Below are positions 7,855 through 16,418 of a DNA stretch of 23,310 nucleotides, in pieces (positions within the stretch are counted from its first letter, which is position 1; each line of letters starts with the position of its first letter). The translations under genes were made by a program, and so were the position numbers. This DNA comes from a virus (taxonomy: Duplodnaviria > Heunggongvirae > Uroviricota > Caudoviricetes), in the IMG/VR virus record IMGVR_UViG_3300000553_000015; one strand, 5' to 3'. The notes under the pieces were generated by a model. That model worked only from the letters and a program-made list of their open reading frames with translations, ran no database searches and was not told the DNA's origin.

Positions 7855-8936
7855 TGTTTTGGTACTCCTGGATTTTGAATAATTGTAACAATATTTCCAC
7901 CAGGAGTACCAGTACCTATAACTGCTGCCCCCGGACTATAGTTTTGTGTAATAAATACTGATGTGTTTGATGCAAAGCCAAATGTTTTTACTTCTGCGTA
8001 ATCTTGTGAACCTAATACCCTAAATGCAATACCTTTTCCTTTACCTTGTGTATCAGTTGCTGCTGAATTTTCCCATGAAATACATACATTAGTAGTTGGG
8101 TCACACCCATTCTCATTTGCTTCACGTATTAATGAAAGTAATCTTGCTTCGGAATCTTGTGTATTTTTGGAAACTTGATTAACTAACCTTCTAGCCATTT
8201 CCTCTTCCATTGCTTGAACTTCTTTATCTTTTGGTGATTTACTGGACTCCTTGACTACCTTTTGCACTTCCAGTGGTTTGACTAGAATAAGGTTATTTGA
8301 AATCTTTGATTCTATTATGTTAACAGTTGTTGGTAGACTGGGTGACATTGTTGCACTTTGGACATATGTAGCTTCATATGCTTTATCTAATGATACGGTA
8401 CCAGCAAGTGTCGTAACATCTATTTTACCTACTGCGCATATATTTTCTTGAAGTTCGTACTGTTTGATATCTTTTTTATCTTTACAACTTGGTACTAATA
8501 CTATTAAAGACTGACCAGCTTCATCTACAGTCATTGTGAAATCTGTACCTCTAACTGCAATAGTAGCTGTAGGTGTTTTTATTCCAACTTGCTGTGGATT
8601 ATTTTTAGCAATTTGCCCAGATGCATACCTTACTGTACCCATACCTACTTTTAAAGCAAGTTTTCCAGCATCTGATTGTTTTGGGTCAAACACAAAATCA
8701 TCTATTAATAATCTACTATTTTCATTTACTTTGACGTTTGTATCATCTTTGAATTTTATATCAGCAACACAACCACCGGTAATATAAGTGTCCATACTTT
8801 CTATTGAAGCACCTTTATTACCTGGTAGTTTTTGTTTATTACGTTCTATTTGGCAGGATATTCCTTTAGTTTCTCCCACTGAGCCAATATCAGCCCATAC
8901 ATTAGAAGAAACCAACATGAATATAATCCACCACAT
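7851..8936 (-). CDS. Exported FecR-domain protein
   Basis: Signal peptide; FecR core (DTYITG, IKFKDDTNVKVNENSRLLID, G.VRYASG, IKTPTATIAVRGTDF). Confidence 0.85.
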   Translation of the reverse strand: MWWIIFMLVSSNVWADIGSVGETKGISCQIERNKQKLPGNKGASIESMDTYITGGCVADIKFKDDTNVKVNENSRLLIDDFVFDPKQSDAGKLALKVGMGTVRYASGQIAKNNPQQVGIKTPTATIAVRGTDFTMTVDEAGQSLIVLVPSCKDKKDIKQYELQENICAVGKIDVTTLAGTVSLDKAYEATYVQSATMSPSLPTTVNIIESKISNNLILVKPLEVQKVVKESSKSPKDKEVQAMEEEMARRLVNQVSKNTQDSEARLLSLIREANENGCDPTTNVCISWENSAATDTQGKGKGIAFRVLGSQDYAEVKTFGFASNTSVFITQNYSPGAAVIGTGTPGGNIVTIIQNPGVPKQ

Positions 8937-8937
8937 A

Positions 8938-9723
8938 TTATCTTGCTATTGCTGATTGTGGGCTCACTATGGTTGCAGAACTTGTTCTAACAGTAACGGT
9001 ATTGAAGTCACCTTGAGTTAATATATTAACGTTAGTATTGTTTGCACCTTGTTGTTGGGTGTATATAACATTACTACTTCCAGTAATATTCTCAACTAAA
9101 GAATGAACACCAACATCATTTTGTTGTGTGTTTATAATGTTGCTATTACCTGAAATATTAATAGTACTATTATCGCTAGAACCTGCTATTCCAGAAGTAC
9201 TAGTTATATTTTGTGTAACTTGGTTGAAGTTACCAGATGCTGATAAGAAACTGGTAATATAGTTACCTATTAAATTTTGTAATGATAAGTTGCTATCACC
9301 TGTTATTAATTCGGTAATAGTATTATAGTTATTAGATGGATTTCCTTGACTACCAACTGTTAATGATGTTTGGTTACTACTTCCAGTAATGGTACTAGTA
9401 TACATATTGTTACCACCTAGGATATTATATTGCGCCCAATCGTTATTACCATGTTGTGTAATGTTTAGAATATTGCTACTACCTGTAACGGTTCCATAGT
9501 TCAATGCACTTGCTGCTACTGGTGTAACCGATGTAACACCAGCTGAATCAACCGAAATAGTTCCAGATGTTCCACCAACGGTGTTAGTTCCACCTACTTG
9601 TTCAACATTAATAGTATTTGATGTTCCTATTTGTTCTATATAAACATTATTTGGTCCAGTTGATATTCCAACTCCAAATGCTGTTTGTGATAGAAATGTT
9701 GTTAATAAAAGATATTTTTTCAT
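8938..9723 (-). CDS. Curlin-repeat (CsgA/CsgB-like) secreted protein
   Basis: Signal peptide; repeats such as NNVYIEQIGTSNTINVEQVG, SNILNITQHGNND, GNSNIINTQQ, GSSNVIYTQQQG, NILTQGDFNTV. Lies directly after csgG. Confidence 0.8.
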   Translation of the reverse strand: MKKYLLLTTFLSQTAFGVGISTGPNNVYIEQIGTSNTINVEQVGGTNTVGGTSGTISVDSAGVTSVTPVAASALNYGTVTGSSNILNITQHGNNDWAQYNILGGNNMYTSTITGSSNQTSLTVGSQGNPSNNYNTITELITGDSNLSLQNLIGNYITSFLSASGNFNQVTQNITSTSGIAGSSDNSTINISGNSNIINTQQNDVGVHSLVENITGSSNVIYTQQQGANNTNVNILTQGDFNTVTVRTSSATIVSPQSAIAR

Positions 9724-9728
9724 TGCTC

Positions 9729-10535
9729 CTACCCCTTAAATGCCCAGATTCCTTTTCTAGCACCTTCTTTAATTGTTTCGACAACTGCTGCTTGTATTGC
9801 CTTATTAGTAGCTCTATTAATGCTCTCGTTAATAGAACCGCCTACCTCTGCTTCCACTGCCATTGTTCCGGCATCTATAAATTTAAGTAATCCAACACGA
9901 TCTAAATAACTTAAAACAGTTTTAGTGATTGTAACACTAGTTAATACTTCTCCTGTATTAACCGAAACAGTTCTTAAACTGATAGTTACTGTATCACTTT
10001 GGTATTGTGTATCTGCTCCAATACCAAAGAATCTTACACCTGCTCCACCTGTTATTGTATTAGAATCATATCCTACGATTGACCCTTCTACTATAATACC
10101 AGCAAATGTCATAGCAGGCAATGATATTGCATCTTTACCTTGAAATTGTTCACGCATTTGACGAATCATTTGACGTTCTTTAATCAAATTCTCTAATCCA
10201 ACACGTTCTACAACTTTAAACCACACACCATTACCAGCATCTTGTAATGCTTTAATCAAGTATCCTTCACCACCTTGAGTAACAGCAGAACTTAAACTGG
10301 CAATTCCAGTTATTGATTTACGTTGACCAGTTTTATCCATAAAACCATATACTGCAACAGGAACAGGTCCACCAACTGGCGGTTTTAATTGATTTTCTTC
10401 TTTTTTAAGGTATGTGCTAATACTTTCATTTACCGGATCATCAAACTGTTCACCAGTTAATAACTTATGTATAGAACTACCTGTTGCACATCCTTGTAAT
10501 AATGTTATTGCACATAATATAATAATCTTTTTCAT
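9729..10535 (-). CDS. csgG: Curli secretion channel lipoprotein CsgG
   Basis: Lipobox LLQGC; VAVYGFMDKTGQRK, LSSAVTQG, WFKVVERVGLENLIKERQMIR, IIVEGSIVGYD, LRTVSVNTGEVL. Confidence 0.92.
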   Translation of the reverse strand: MKKIIILCAITLLQGCATGSSIHKLLTGEQFDDPVNESISTYLKKEENQLKPPVGGPVPVAVYGFMDKTGQRKSITGIASLSSAVTQGGEGYLIKALQDAGNGVWFKVVERVGLENLIKERQMIRQMREQFQGKDAISLPAMTFAGIIVEGSIVGYDSNTITGGAGVRFFGIGADTQYQSDTVTISLRTVSVNTGEVLTSVTITKTVLSYLDRVGLLKFIDAGTMAVEAEVGGSINESINRATNKAIQAAVVETIKEGARKGIWAFKG

Positions 10536-10537
10536 AG

Positions 10538-11023
10538 CTAAAAATAAAATGTCCCCGCTGGTACTGAAATTTGTGTGGTTTGACTAGGATTTGAGTTGTT
10601 GGTAATATTAATTAAAATCATACCATTATTTGAACCACTTCCTAATCCCCAGGTTACCGTATTCCCACCAAGATCTGGAATTGTTCCACAGACTGTACCT
10701 GGTGTAGTACATGTTGGATTTCCAGTCCCACCAAAAATACTATTTGTTAGTTGTTGAGCCAGTTGTGAATAAATTCTAGATTGTAAATTTGCTATAAATT
10801 GTGCCTGTGGTGTATTTGCAGCTGCAGCCTCAGCTTGTTGTTTTATGGCAGCAGCAGCTGCTTGATTCTGTGATGTCGCTTGGTTTTCTAACTGCTGAAT
10901 AGTTAATATATGTGAACTATAGCCAGCACCACTGAATGATGGACTATTAAATCCAAATTGTATTTCGGCAGCAAAAGATGGCATAGCTGCTAAAAATAAT
11001 ATAAAACCTACTATTTTACTCAT
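10538..11023 (-). CDS. csgF: Curli assembly factor CsgF-like
   Basis: Signal peptide then FGFNSPSFSG (CsgF F.NP.FGG-like), QFIANLQSRIYSQL, TTQISVP; adjacent to csgG. Confidence 0.78.
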   Translation of the reverse strand: MSKIVGFILFLAAMPSFAAEIQFGFNSPSFSGAGYSSHILTIQQLENQATSQNQAAAAAIKQQAEAAAANTPQAQFIANLQSRIYSQLAQQLTNSIFGGTGNPTCTTPGTVCGTIPDLGGNTVTWGLGSGSNNGMILINITNNSNPSQTTQISVPAGTFYF

Positions 11024-11079
11024 GTTTGTTGCTCCTAATATTATATTTAAGCGATAACAAATATGAGTAAAACTAGTAG

Positions 11080-11754
11080 TTAACTAGATGGGAATAGACA
11101 GTTATTAATATATTCTACTGCTTCTTCTTCTGACAATCCTAACATCATCAATACTTTAGGATTGTGTGGGTTAAGACGTTGATTTTCAACATAATATTTA
11201 TGTTTATTTGAAATATCATCGCTTGTGTTGTTTGTATCAGATAACGATGCTAGATATACGTCTAATGTATCTGCTATCATATCAGATATTTGCGTTAGCT
11301 CTTCATCTGATTGTACGTTACCAGCAGCAATAATATCATTTGAAAATATACGTTGTGCCCATTCTGGTAATTCACGTTTCTTATTCCAAGATAACTTTGC
11401 AGATTCATTTGCAAACCATTCTGATAACGGATGATTATCTGATACTGGACTAAAATCATGAAAACAACCTGTGATTTTATTCTTACCAGCAAATACATCA
11501 AACCCAAATATTGGAGCAGGATTATGAAAATGTGGATAAATGCAACAATGCATCATCCACAACCCACGAGTATCTATTGCATCAATAATATTGACATGTG
11601 CTTTTCTATATAAATCAGATTCCCAGGTTAGATTACTCCAACCTGGCTTGTTAAACTGAACAGCTTCTGGTATATGAATTTCTTCACCTGAATGATCAAA
11701 TTTATATTTAAATAGCTGACTTATATCAATAAGCGACATTTGAATGTTATTCAT
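11080..11754 (-). CDS. Ferredoxin-dependent bilin reductase (PcyA/PcyX type)
   Basis: YRKAHV, LWMMHCCIYP, PIFGFDVFAG, FHDFSP, RELPEWAQRIFS, YVENQRLNPH. Start uncertain (11754 or 11739). Confidence 0.85.
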   Translation of the reverse strand: MNNIQMSLIDISQLFKYKFDHSGEEIHIPEAVQFNKPGWSNLTWESDLYRKAHVNIIDAIDTRGLWMMHCCIYPHFHNPAPIFGFDVFAGKNKITGCFHDFSPVSDNHPLSEWFANESAKLSWNKKRELPEWAQRIFSNDIIAAGNVQSDEELTQISDMIADTLDVYLASLSDTNNTSDDISNKHKYYVENQRLNPHNPKVLMMLGLSEEEAVEYINNCLFPSS

Positions 11755-12061
11755 CAATAGGTAGCCATGCCCACGATTTTATTATATTCTTAATACTAGG
11801 TCTTCGCCTAAATAACCATATTTTACGATGTGGTCTTGTTTTTACAATAAAATCATATGGATCCATCTGCGTAACTACTTTAGAAAATGGTGATTCTATT
11901 CTAATATACCATCCATCATTTTGTGTGCCAATTACGTCTGATGAATACACGTGCTTGCTATACGGTTGATATTTGACTTTTATAGATTTACCAAATGATA
12001 ATAGAACATTTGAAACATATGGTTCACCTTGAATATTTGTTTTTATCTTAATTAGTTTCAT
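11747..12061 (-). CDS. Hypothetical protein between heme oxygenase and bilin reductase
   Basis: 104-aa ORF overlapping both neighbours, implying translational coupling; no family recognised. Confidence 0.6.
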   Translation of the reverse strand: MKLIKIKTNIQGEPYVSNVLLSFGKSIKVKYQPYSKHVYSSDVIGTQNDGWYIRIESPFSKVVTQMDPYDFIVKTRPHRKIWLFRRRPSIKNIIKSWAWLPIDE

Positions 12062-12590
12062 CCAATGCCTTCATGATTTTTATAGCCCATTCAAATGCTA
12101 CTCTAGCTTCATCTCCTAAATCATCAGTTAATTCTGCTCTAATAGCATTTCGTAGACCTTCAACATCTTCAAATTGATAGAACTTACCAGAACCTGGAAC
12201 AGTCTTAGCGATATATTGCCCACCATTCAATGTCCCTAGGTGATGAACATATAAATGAGCTTTTATTAAATGCTTACGTTCTAAATCGTTGATTAAATCT
12301 TGCAGATATCTAATATATTCCAATGTTTCTTGTGTCCACGTGTAATGAATCTCTTTATCAGCTAATTCAAGAAAATCTTGATAGATATATTTTGTTCTAT
12401 CAATACCAGATAATTTAGAAAAAAATCCCTGAACTTGCGCTCCAAATTCAATAGTGGAATATATTGGGATCATTTGCCACAAATAGTTTATATATAATTC
12501 TCTTGGTAATTTTCCTGAAATGATTAATTTCATAAAATCAGTTTGTTCAGCTTGTGTATGTAAATCTTTAGTGATTTCGCGTAATGACAT
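12048..12590 (-). CDS. Heme oxygenase
   Basis: MSLREITKDLHTQAE (proximal His helix), AHLYVHHLGTLNGGQ (distal helix), EARVAFEWAIKIM; AAGGA RBS. Confidence 0.88.
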   Translation of the reverse strand: MSLREITKDLHTQAEQTDFMKLIISGKLPRELYINYLWQMIPIYSTIEFGAQVQGFFSKLSGIDRTKYIYQDFLELADKEIHYTWTQETLEYIRYLQDLINDLERKHLIKAHLYVHHLGTLNGGQYIAKTVPGSGKFYQFEDVEGLRNAIRAELTDDLGDEARVAFEWAIKIMKALDETN

Positions 12591-12614
12591 ATATTGTTCC
12601 TTTAATAAACGTAT

Positions 12615-12643
12615 ATTATAACACTATGATAATATAATGTCAA
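12615..12643 (-). promoter_or_regulatory. Perfect sigma70 promoter TTGACA-N17-TATAAT
   Basis: -35 at 12638-12643, -10 at 12615-12620; faces the heme oxygenase gene. Confidence 0.8.
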
Positions 12644-12692
12644 GAAAAATATAAATAAAGATGTAGTTCACGGAATTGGCGTTCCCAACTAC
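12638..12692 (+). repeat. 55-nt endonuclease leader, copy 1 (late promoter plus hairpin)
   Basis: 51/55 identical to 16749-16803. Contains TATAAATA 12650-12657 and hairpin GTAGTT 12663-12668/AACTAC 12687-12692 with inner GGAA/TTCC. Confidence 0.85.
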
Positions 12693-12718
12693 ACTAACGT
12701 CTATGGAGGACAATCAGC

Positions 12719-13541
12719 ATGAGTATTTATACAGAAATACAACCAACATATCTTTATATAAAAAAGCATTCAATTACTGGTCTAAAATATTTTGGAAAAA
12801 CTAGTAAAAAAGACCCATACAAGTATCTAGGATCTGGAAAATATTGGAAAAAACATATCAAAAAACATGGAAAACAATTTGTAGAAACATTATGGGTTTC
12901 AGAATTATATTATGACACTTCAATTATTGACCATGCTTTGCATTTTTCAAATGAAAATAATATAGTATTGTCAGATGATTGGGCCAACTTGGTAATGGAA
13001 AATGGTATAGATGGAGGGGTATCTGGGGTATCTGGGACATCACCATCGGTAGAAACTAGATCTAAGTTATCAATCGCTAATAAAGGTCATACAGTGACTC
13101 AGGAAACACGCACTAAAATATCATCAGCGCATAAAGGCAACCCGAAATCAAAAGAAACTAGATAAAAAATATCAGTTGCAAAAAAAGGCACAATATGTTC
13201 TTATGAAACTAAACTAAAATTATCTATTGCTAATAAAGGAAAGATAAAAATCTGATGAAACTAAAGCAAAATTGTCTATAGCAAATACAGGAAAAAAAGC
13301 ATCAGCGGATACTTTAATAAAAATGTCTATCGCCGGTAAAAATATTTCTGACGAAACACGTAGGAAAATGTCTGATTCTAAAAAGGGTAGTATATTATCA
13401 GTTGAAGTTAAATCAAAAATTTCAGCTGCACACAAAGGACGAATTTTTAAAACAGCAGAATGTCCACATTGTAATAAGTCTGGAAGAATTAATAATATGA
13501 CCAGATATCATTTCAATAATTGTAAATTAAAATATCAATAA
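12719..13541 (+). pseudogene. Degenerate free-standing GIY-YIG-type homing endonuclease with NUMOD3-like repeats
   Basis: YLY-x10-YFG motif followed by about eight 17-aa S.ETR.K.S.A.KG repeats and a C-terminal CPHC..CK tail. Broken by in-frame TAA at 13163-13165 and a one-base frameshift near 13238-13250. The track ORFs 12719..13165 and 13272..13541 are its pieces. Confidence 0.82.
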
Positions 13542-13545
13542 AACA

Positions 13546-13570
13546 ACTGTATGCATTAAATGCATACAGT
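13546..13570. terminator. Perfect 11-bp inverted repeat between convergent genes
   Basis: ACTGTATGCAT-TAA-ATGCATACAGT between the endonuclease stop and the clpS stop. Confidence 0.55.
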
Positions 13571-13587
13571 ATTATGATTATTTATTA

Positions 13588-13890
13588 TTATTCAGATTGT
13601 TCAATTTTGATCTGTAATGGAAAACCATTTTCTCTTGCAAGTTTTGTCGCTTCTACTGCTTTAATTTCTGCAATTTCAAAATCATAAAATCCAGCAATAC
13701 CAGATCCAGATTCGTGGACTTGTAATGTAACATTTGTTGCGGAATCCATTGAATGTTTAAATATTTCAATAAGCATAGCAATTACAAAATCAATTGGTGT
13801 ATGATCATCATTGATTATGATAACTTTCCATCGTTTTGGTTCTGACACTTTAATACTTACTTTTTCTTCGGTGATAACATCTGTTGACAT
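13588..13890 (-). CDS. clpS: ATP-dependent Clp protease adaptor ClpS
   Basis: EPKRWKVIIINDDHTPIDFVIAMLIEIF, VHESGSGIAG, EIAEIK, ARENGFPL. Confidence 0.92.
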   Translation of the reverse strand: MSTDVITEEKVSIKVSEPKRWKVIIINDDHTPIDFVIAMLIEIFKHSMDSATNVTLQVHESGSGIAGFYDFEIAEIKAVEATKLARENGFPLQIKIEQSE

Positions 13891-13908
13891 ATTGTTTTCC
13901 TTTAATGT

Positions 13909-13926
13909 GGGGGAGTTTCCTCCCCC
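13909..13926 (-). other. GC-rich hairpin between hsp20 and clpS
   Basis: GGGGGAG-GAAA-CTCCCCC on the minus strand; no U-tract, so more likely a stability/processing element than a terminator. Confidence 0.45.
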
Positions 13927-13937
13927 TGGTGATAAAA

Positions 13938-14363
13938 TTATTTAATTTCTATTTGACGAGGTTTATGTGCCTCTGGCACTACGTATTCTACTGAAATTTT
14001 TAACATTCCGTCTTTAACTACTGCACCTCTAACTTCCATAAATTCTACTAATGGAAATTCGGTTACAAAATTTCTAGCAGCTAATCCACGATGAATAAAT
14101 TCAGTACCTTCTGGTAATGATGTATCATGTTCTCCTCTAATAGTGATAATATTTTGGTCAACTTCGATAGAAATATCTTCTCTACTAAACCCAGCCACTG
14201 CTAGTTCAATAGCGTAATCTGTTTCAGTATATCTTATGATATTATGAGGTGGATAGTTTGATTGTGGTGAATTAGTTCTGGCATTTACCATTCTATCAAA
14301 CCCTACTAGTGCTTTACTTAAATTAGCAAGTTCTGCTGCAGTTATTGTTCTTAATTGTGTCAT
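13938..14363 (-). CDS. Small heat shock protein (Hsp20/IbpA-like)
   Basis: NYPPHNII, YAIELAVAGFSREDISI, FIHRGLAARNF, GAVVKDGMLKI, PEAHKPRQIEIK. Confidence 0.93.
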   Translation of the reverse strand: MTQLRTITAAELANLSKALVGFDRMVNARTNSPQSNYPPHNIIRYTETDYAIELAVAGFSREDISIEVDQNIITIRGEHDTSLPEGTEFIHRGLAARNFVTEFPLVEFMEVRGAVVKDGMLKISVEYVVPEAHKPRQIEIK

Positions 14364-14371
14364 TTTATTTT

Positions 14372-14424
14372 CTCCTTATATTAAGCAAGATGTTCATAAT
14401 ACCCAAATGGCATACTATGAACAT
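14372..14424 (-). promoter_or_regulatory. ROSE-like RNA thermometer in hsp20 leader
   Basis: CUUGCUU (14383-14389) pairs with SD AAGGAG (14372-14377) with a bulged G; 12-bp hairpin upstream at 14390-14424. Confidence 0.65.
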
Positions 14425-14452
14425 ATTATATCACATTTTTCTTAAATGTCAA
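14425..14452 (-). promoter_or_regulatory. sigma70 promoter TTGACA-N16-TATAAT (with extended -10 TGn)
   Basis: -35 at 14447-14452 overlaps the dnaK stop; -10 at 14425-14430; faces hsp20. Confidence 0.6.
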
Positions 14453-16341
14453 ACTTCAGTGAATTCAGCATCCAACGGTTCGTCAGAATTAGCTTCTGAT
14501 GATGTTTGTTTAGCTTGTTCAGCTTCTTGTTTTTTTGCAAATACTGGACTTGCTGCTTCATACAATTTTGTTACTGAATTGGTAATTGCCTCAACATCAT
14601 CACCTTTGGTAGCTTCTTCAACTTTAGATAATGCTGATTCAAACGCTAGTTTTTCATCATCTGATAATTGGTCAGCAACTTCATCAAAGTCTTTTTCTAA
14701 TGAATGTTTTTGAGCATCGGCATTATTACGAGCTTCAATTAGTTCTTTAGCTTTTTTATCAGCATCTGCATTTGCTTCGGCATCTTTTATCATTTGTTCA
14801 ATTTCAGATTCACTTAATCCAGAATCAGATTTAATGGTAATATTATTTTTCTTACCAGTACCTTTATCTTGTGCTGATATATGCATAATACCATTAGCAT
14901 CAATATCAAAGGTTACTTCAATTTGTGGAACGCCACGACGAGCTGGTTCAATACCTTCCAAATTAAATTCACCTAATTGTTTGTTATATTGATATAACTC
15001 ACGTTCACCTTGCCCAACTTTAATATTTACTGCAGGTTGGTTGTCATCCGCAGTTGAGAATACTTGACTAGCTTTTGTAGGGATCGTAGTATTCTTTTGA
15101 ATGATTTTGGTAAACACACCACCCATTGTTTCAATACCCAATGACAATGGTGTAACATCCAATAATAATACGTCAGTTTTATCACCTGACAATACTGCAC
15201 CTTGGACCGCAGCACCAGCCGCAACTGCTTCATCTGGGTTAACATCTTTACGTGGTGCTTTGCCAAATAGTTTTTCAACTGCTTCTTGTACTTTGGGCAT
15301 ACGTGTTTGACCACCAACTAAAATAATTTCATCAATATCTGATAATTTTACTTTAGCGTCTTTAATAGCAATTTTACATGGGGCAATACTTCTTTCAATT
15401 AAATCTTCTACTAATGCTTCAAATTTAGCACGAGTTAATTTAACATTCAAATGTTTTGGACCACTTGCATCTGCTGTTAGGTATGGTAGATTAACGTCTG
15501 TTTGTTCAGCTGATGATAATTCAATTTTAGCTTTTTCAGCTGCTTCTTTTAAACGTTGCAATGCTAATGTATCATTTTTAAGATCAACACCACTATCTTT
15601 CTTAAATTCAGTTACTAAGAAATCCATGATACGTTGATCGAAATCTTCACCACCTAAGAATGTATCACCATTAGTTGATAATACTTCAATTTGTTTCTCA
15701 CCATCTATGTTTGAGATTTCAATGATAGAGATATCAAATGTACCACCACCTAAGTCATAAACAGCAACTTTGCTATCTATATTATCTTTTTTATCAACAC
15801 CAAATGCTAATGCAGCAGCAGTAGGTTCATTGATGATACGCAATACTTCTAGCCCAGCAATACGGCCAGCATCTTTAGTTGCTTGTCTTTGTGAATCATT
15901 GAAATATGCAGGAACTGTGATAACAGCTTGTGATACAGAATATCCTAAATAATCTTCTGCAGTTTTCTTCATTTTACGAAGAACTTCGGCTGATATTTGT
16001 GGTGGGGCTAATTTCTCACCATTTGCTTCGACCCAAGCATCTCCATTATCTGCTTCCAGAATAGTGTATGGCATTAAGTCTATGTCTTTTTGAACTGCGT
16101 CTTCAGCAAATTTACGACCAATCAAACGCTTTGCAGCATAGATTGTATTTTTTGGATTAGTTACTGATTGACGTTTTGCTGCAGCACCAACTAAAACTTC
16201 ATTGTCAGTGTATGCTATGATAGAAGGCGTTGTTCTTGTACCTTCTGAATTTTCGATTACTTTTGCTGAACCATTTTCTAAAATAGCTACGCAAGAATTT
16301 GTAGTACCTAAATCGATACCGATGACTGTATTTTTACTCAT
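14449..16341 (-). CDS. dnaK: Molecular chaperone DnaK (Hsp70)
   Basis: [72 protein letters not shown]. Start set at MSKNT (16341, AAGGAG RBS) rather than the track's 16401. Confidence 0.97.
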   Translation of the reverse strand: MSKNTVIGIDLGTTNSCVAILENGSAKVIENSEGTRTTPSIIAYTDNEVLVGAAAKRQSVTNPKNTIYAAKRLIGRKFAEDAVQKDIDLMPYTILEADNGDAWVEANGEKLAPPQISAEVLRKMKKTAEDYLGYSVSQAVITVPAYFNDSQRQATKDAGRIAGLEVLRIINEPTAAALAFGVDKKDNIDSKVAVYDLGGGTFDISIIEISNIDGEKQIEVLSTNGDTFLGGEDFDQRIMDFLVTEFKKDSGVDLKNDTLALQRLKEAAEKAKIELSSAEQTDVNLPYLTADASGPKHLNVKLTRAKFEALVEDLIERSIAPCKIAIKDAKVKLSDIDEIILVGGQTRMPKVQEAVEKLFGKAPRKDVNPDEAVAAGAAVQGAVLSGDKTDVLLLDVTPLSLGIETMGGVFTKIIQKNTTIPTKASQVFSTADDNQPAVNIKVGQGERELYQYNKQLGEFNLEGIEPARRGVPQIEVTFDIDANGIMHISAQDKGTGKKNNITIKSDSGLSESEIEQMIKDAEANADADKKAKELIEARNNADAQKHSLEKDFDEVADQLSDDEKLAFESALSKVEEATKGDDVEAITNSVTKLYEAASPVFAKKQEAEQAKQTSSEANSDEPLDAEFTEV

Positions 16342-16349
16342 AATATTTT

Positions 16350-16408
16350 CTCCTTTTATTAAGCGAGGTGTTATTGGCATTATGCCATATATTAAACCCA
16401 ATTGGCAT
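16350..16408 (-). promoter_or_regulatory. ROSE-like RNA thermometer in dnaK leader
   Basis: CUCGCUU (16361-16367) pairs with AAGGAG (16350-16355) with a bulged G; upstream AUGCCA/UGGCAU stem. Confidence 0.6.
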
Positions 16409-16418
16409 TTAATATATT

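Noticed and set aside
11080-12590. Cyanophage or cyanobacterial origin inferred from bilin genes
   Set aside because: No photosynthesis genes are present; DnaK, PqqA, PlcP/Agt and CsgG point to a heterotrophic Proteobacterium, and such bilin cassettes are known from non-cyanobacterial phages.
13163-13165. In-frame TAA as evidence of stop-codon reassignment or programmed readthrough
   Set aside because: TAA, TAG and TGA all terminate intact genes throughout the window, and a frameshift follows about 85 nt later; decay is the simpler explanation.
13546-13570. Perfect palindrome as an operator or recombination site
   Set aside because: Its position between two convergent stop codons is adequately explained by a bidirectional terminator or stability hairpin.
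16342-16401. 20-aa N-terminal extension of DnaK
   Set aside because: It runs through the RBS and ROSE-like hairpin; the family starts at MSKNT.
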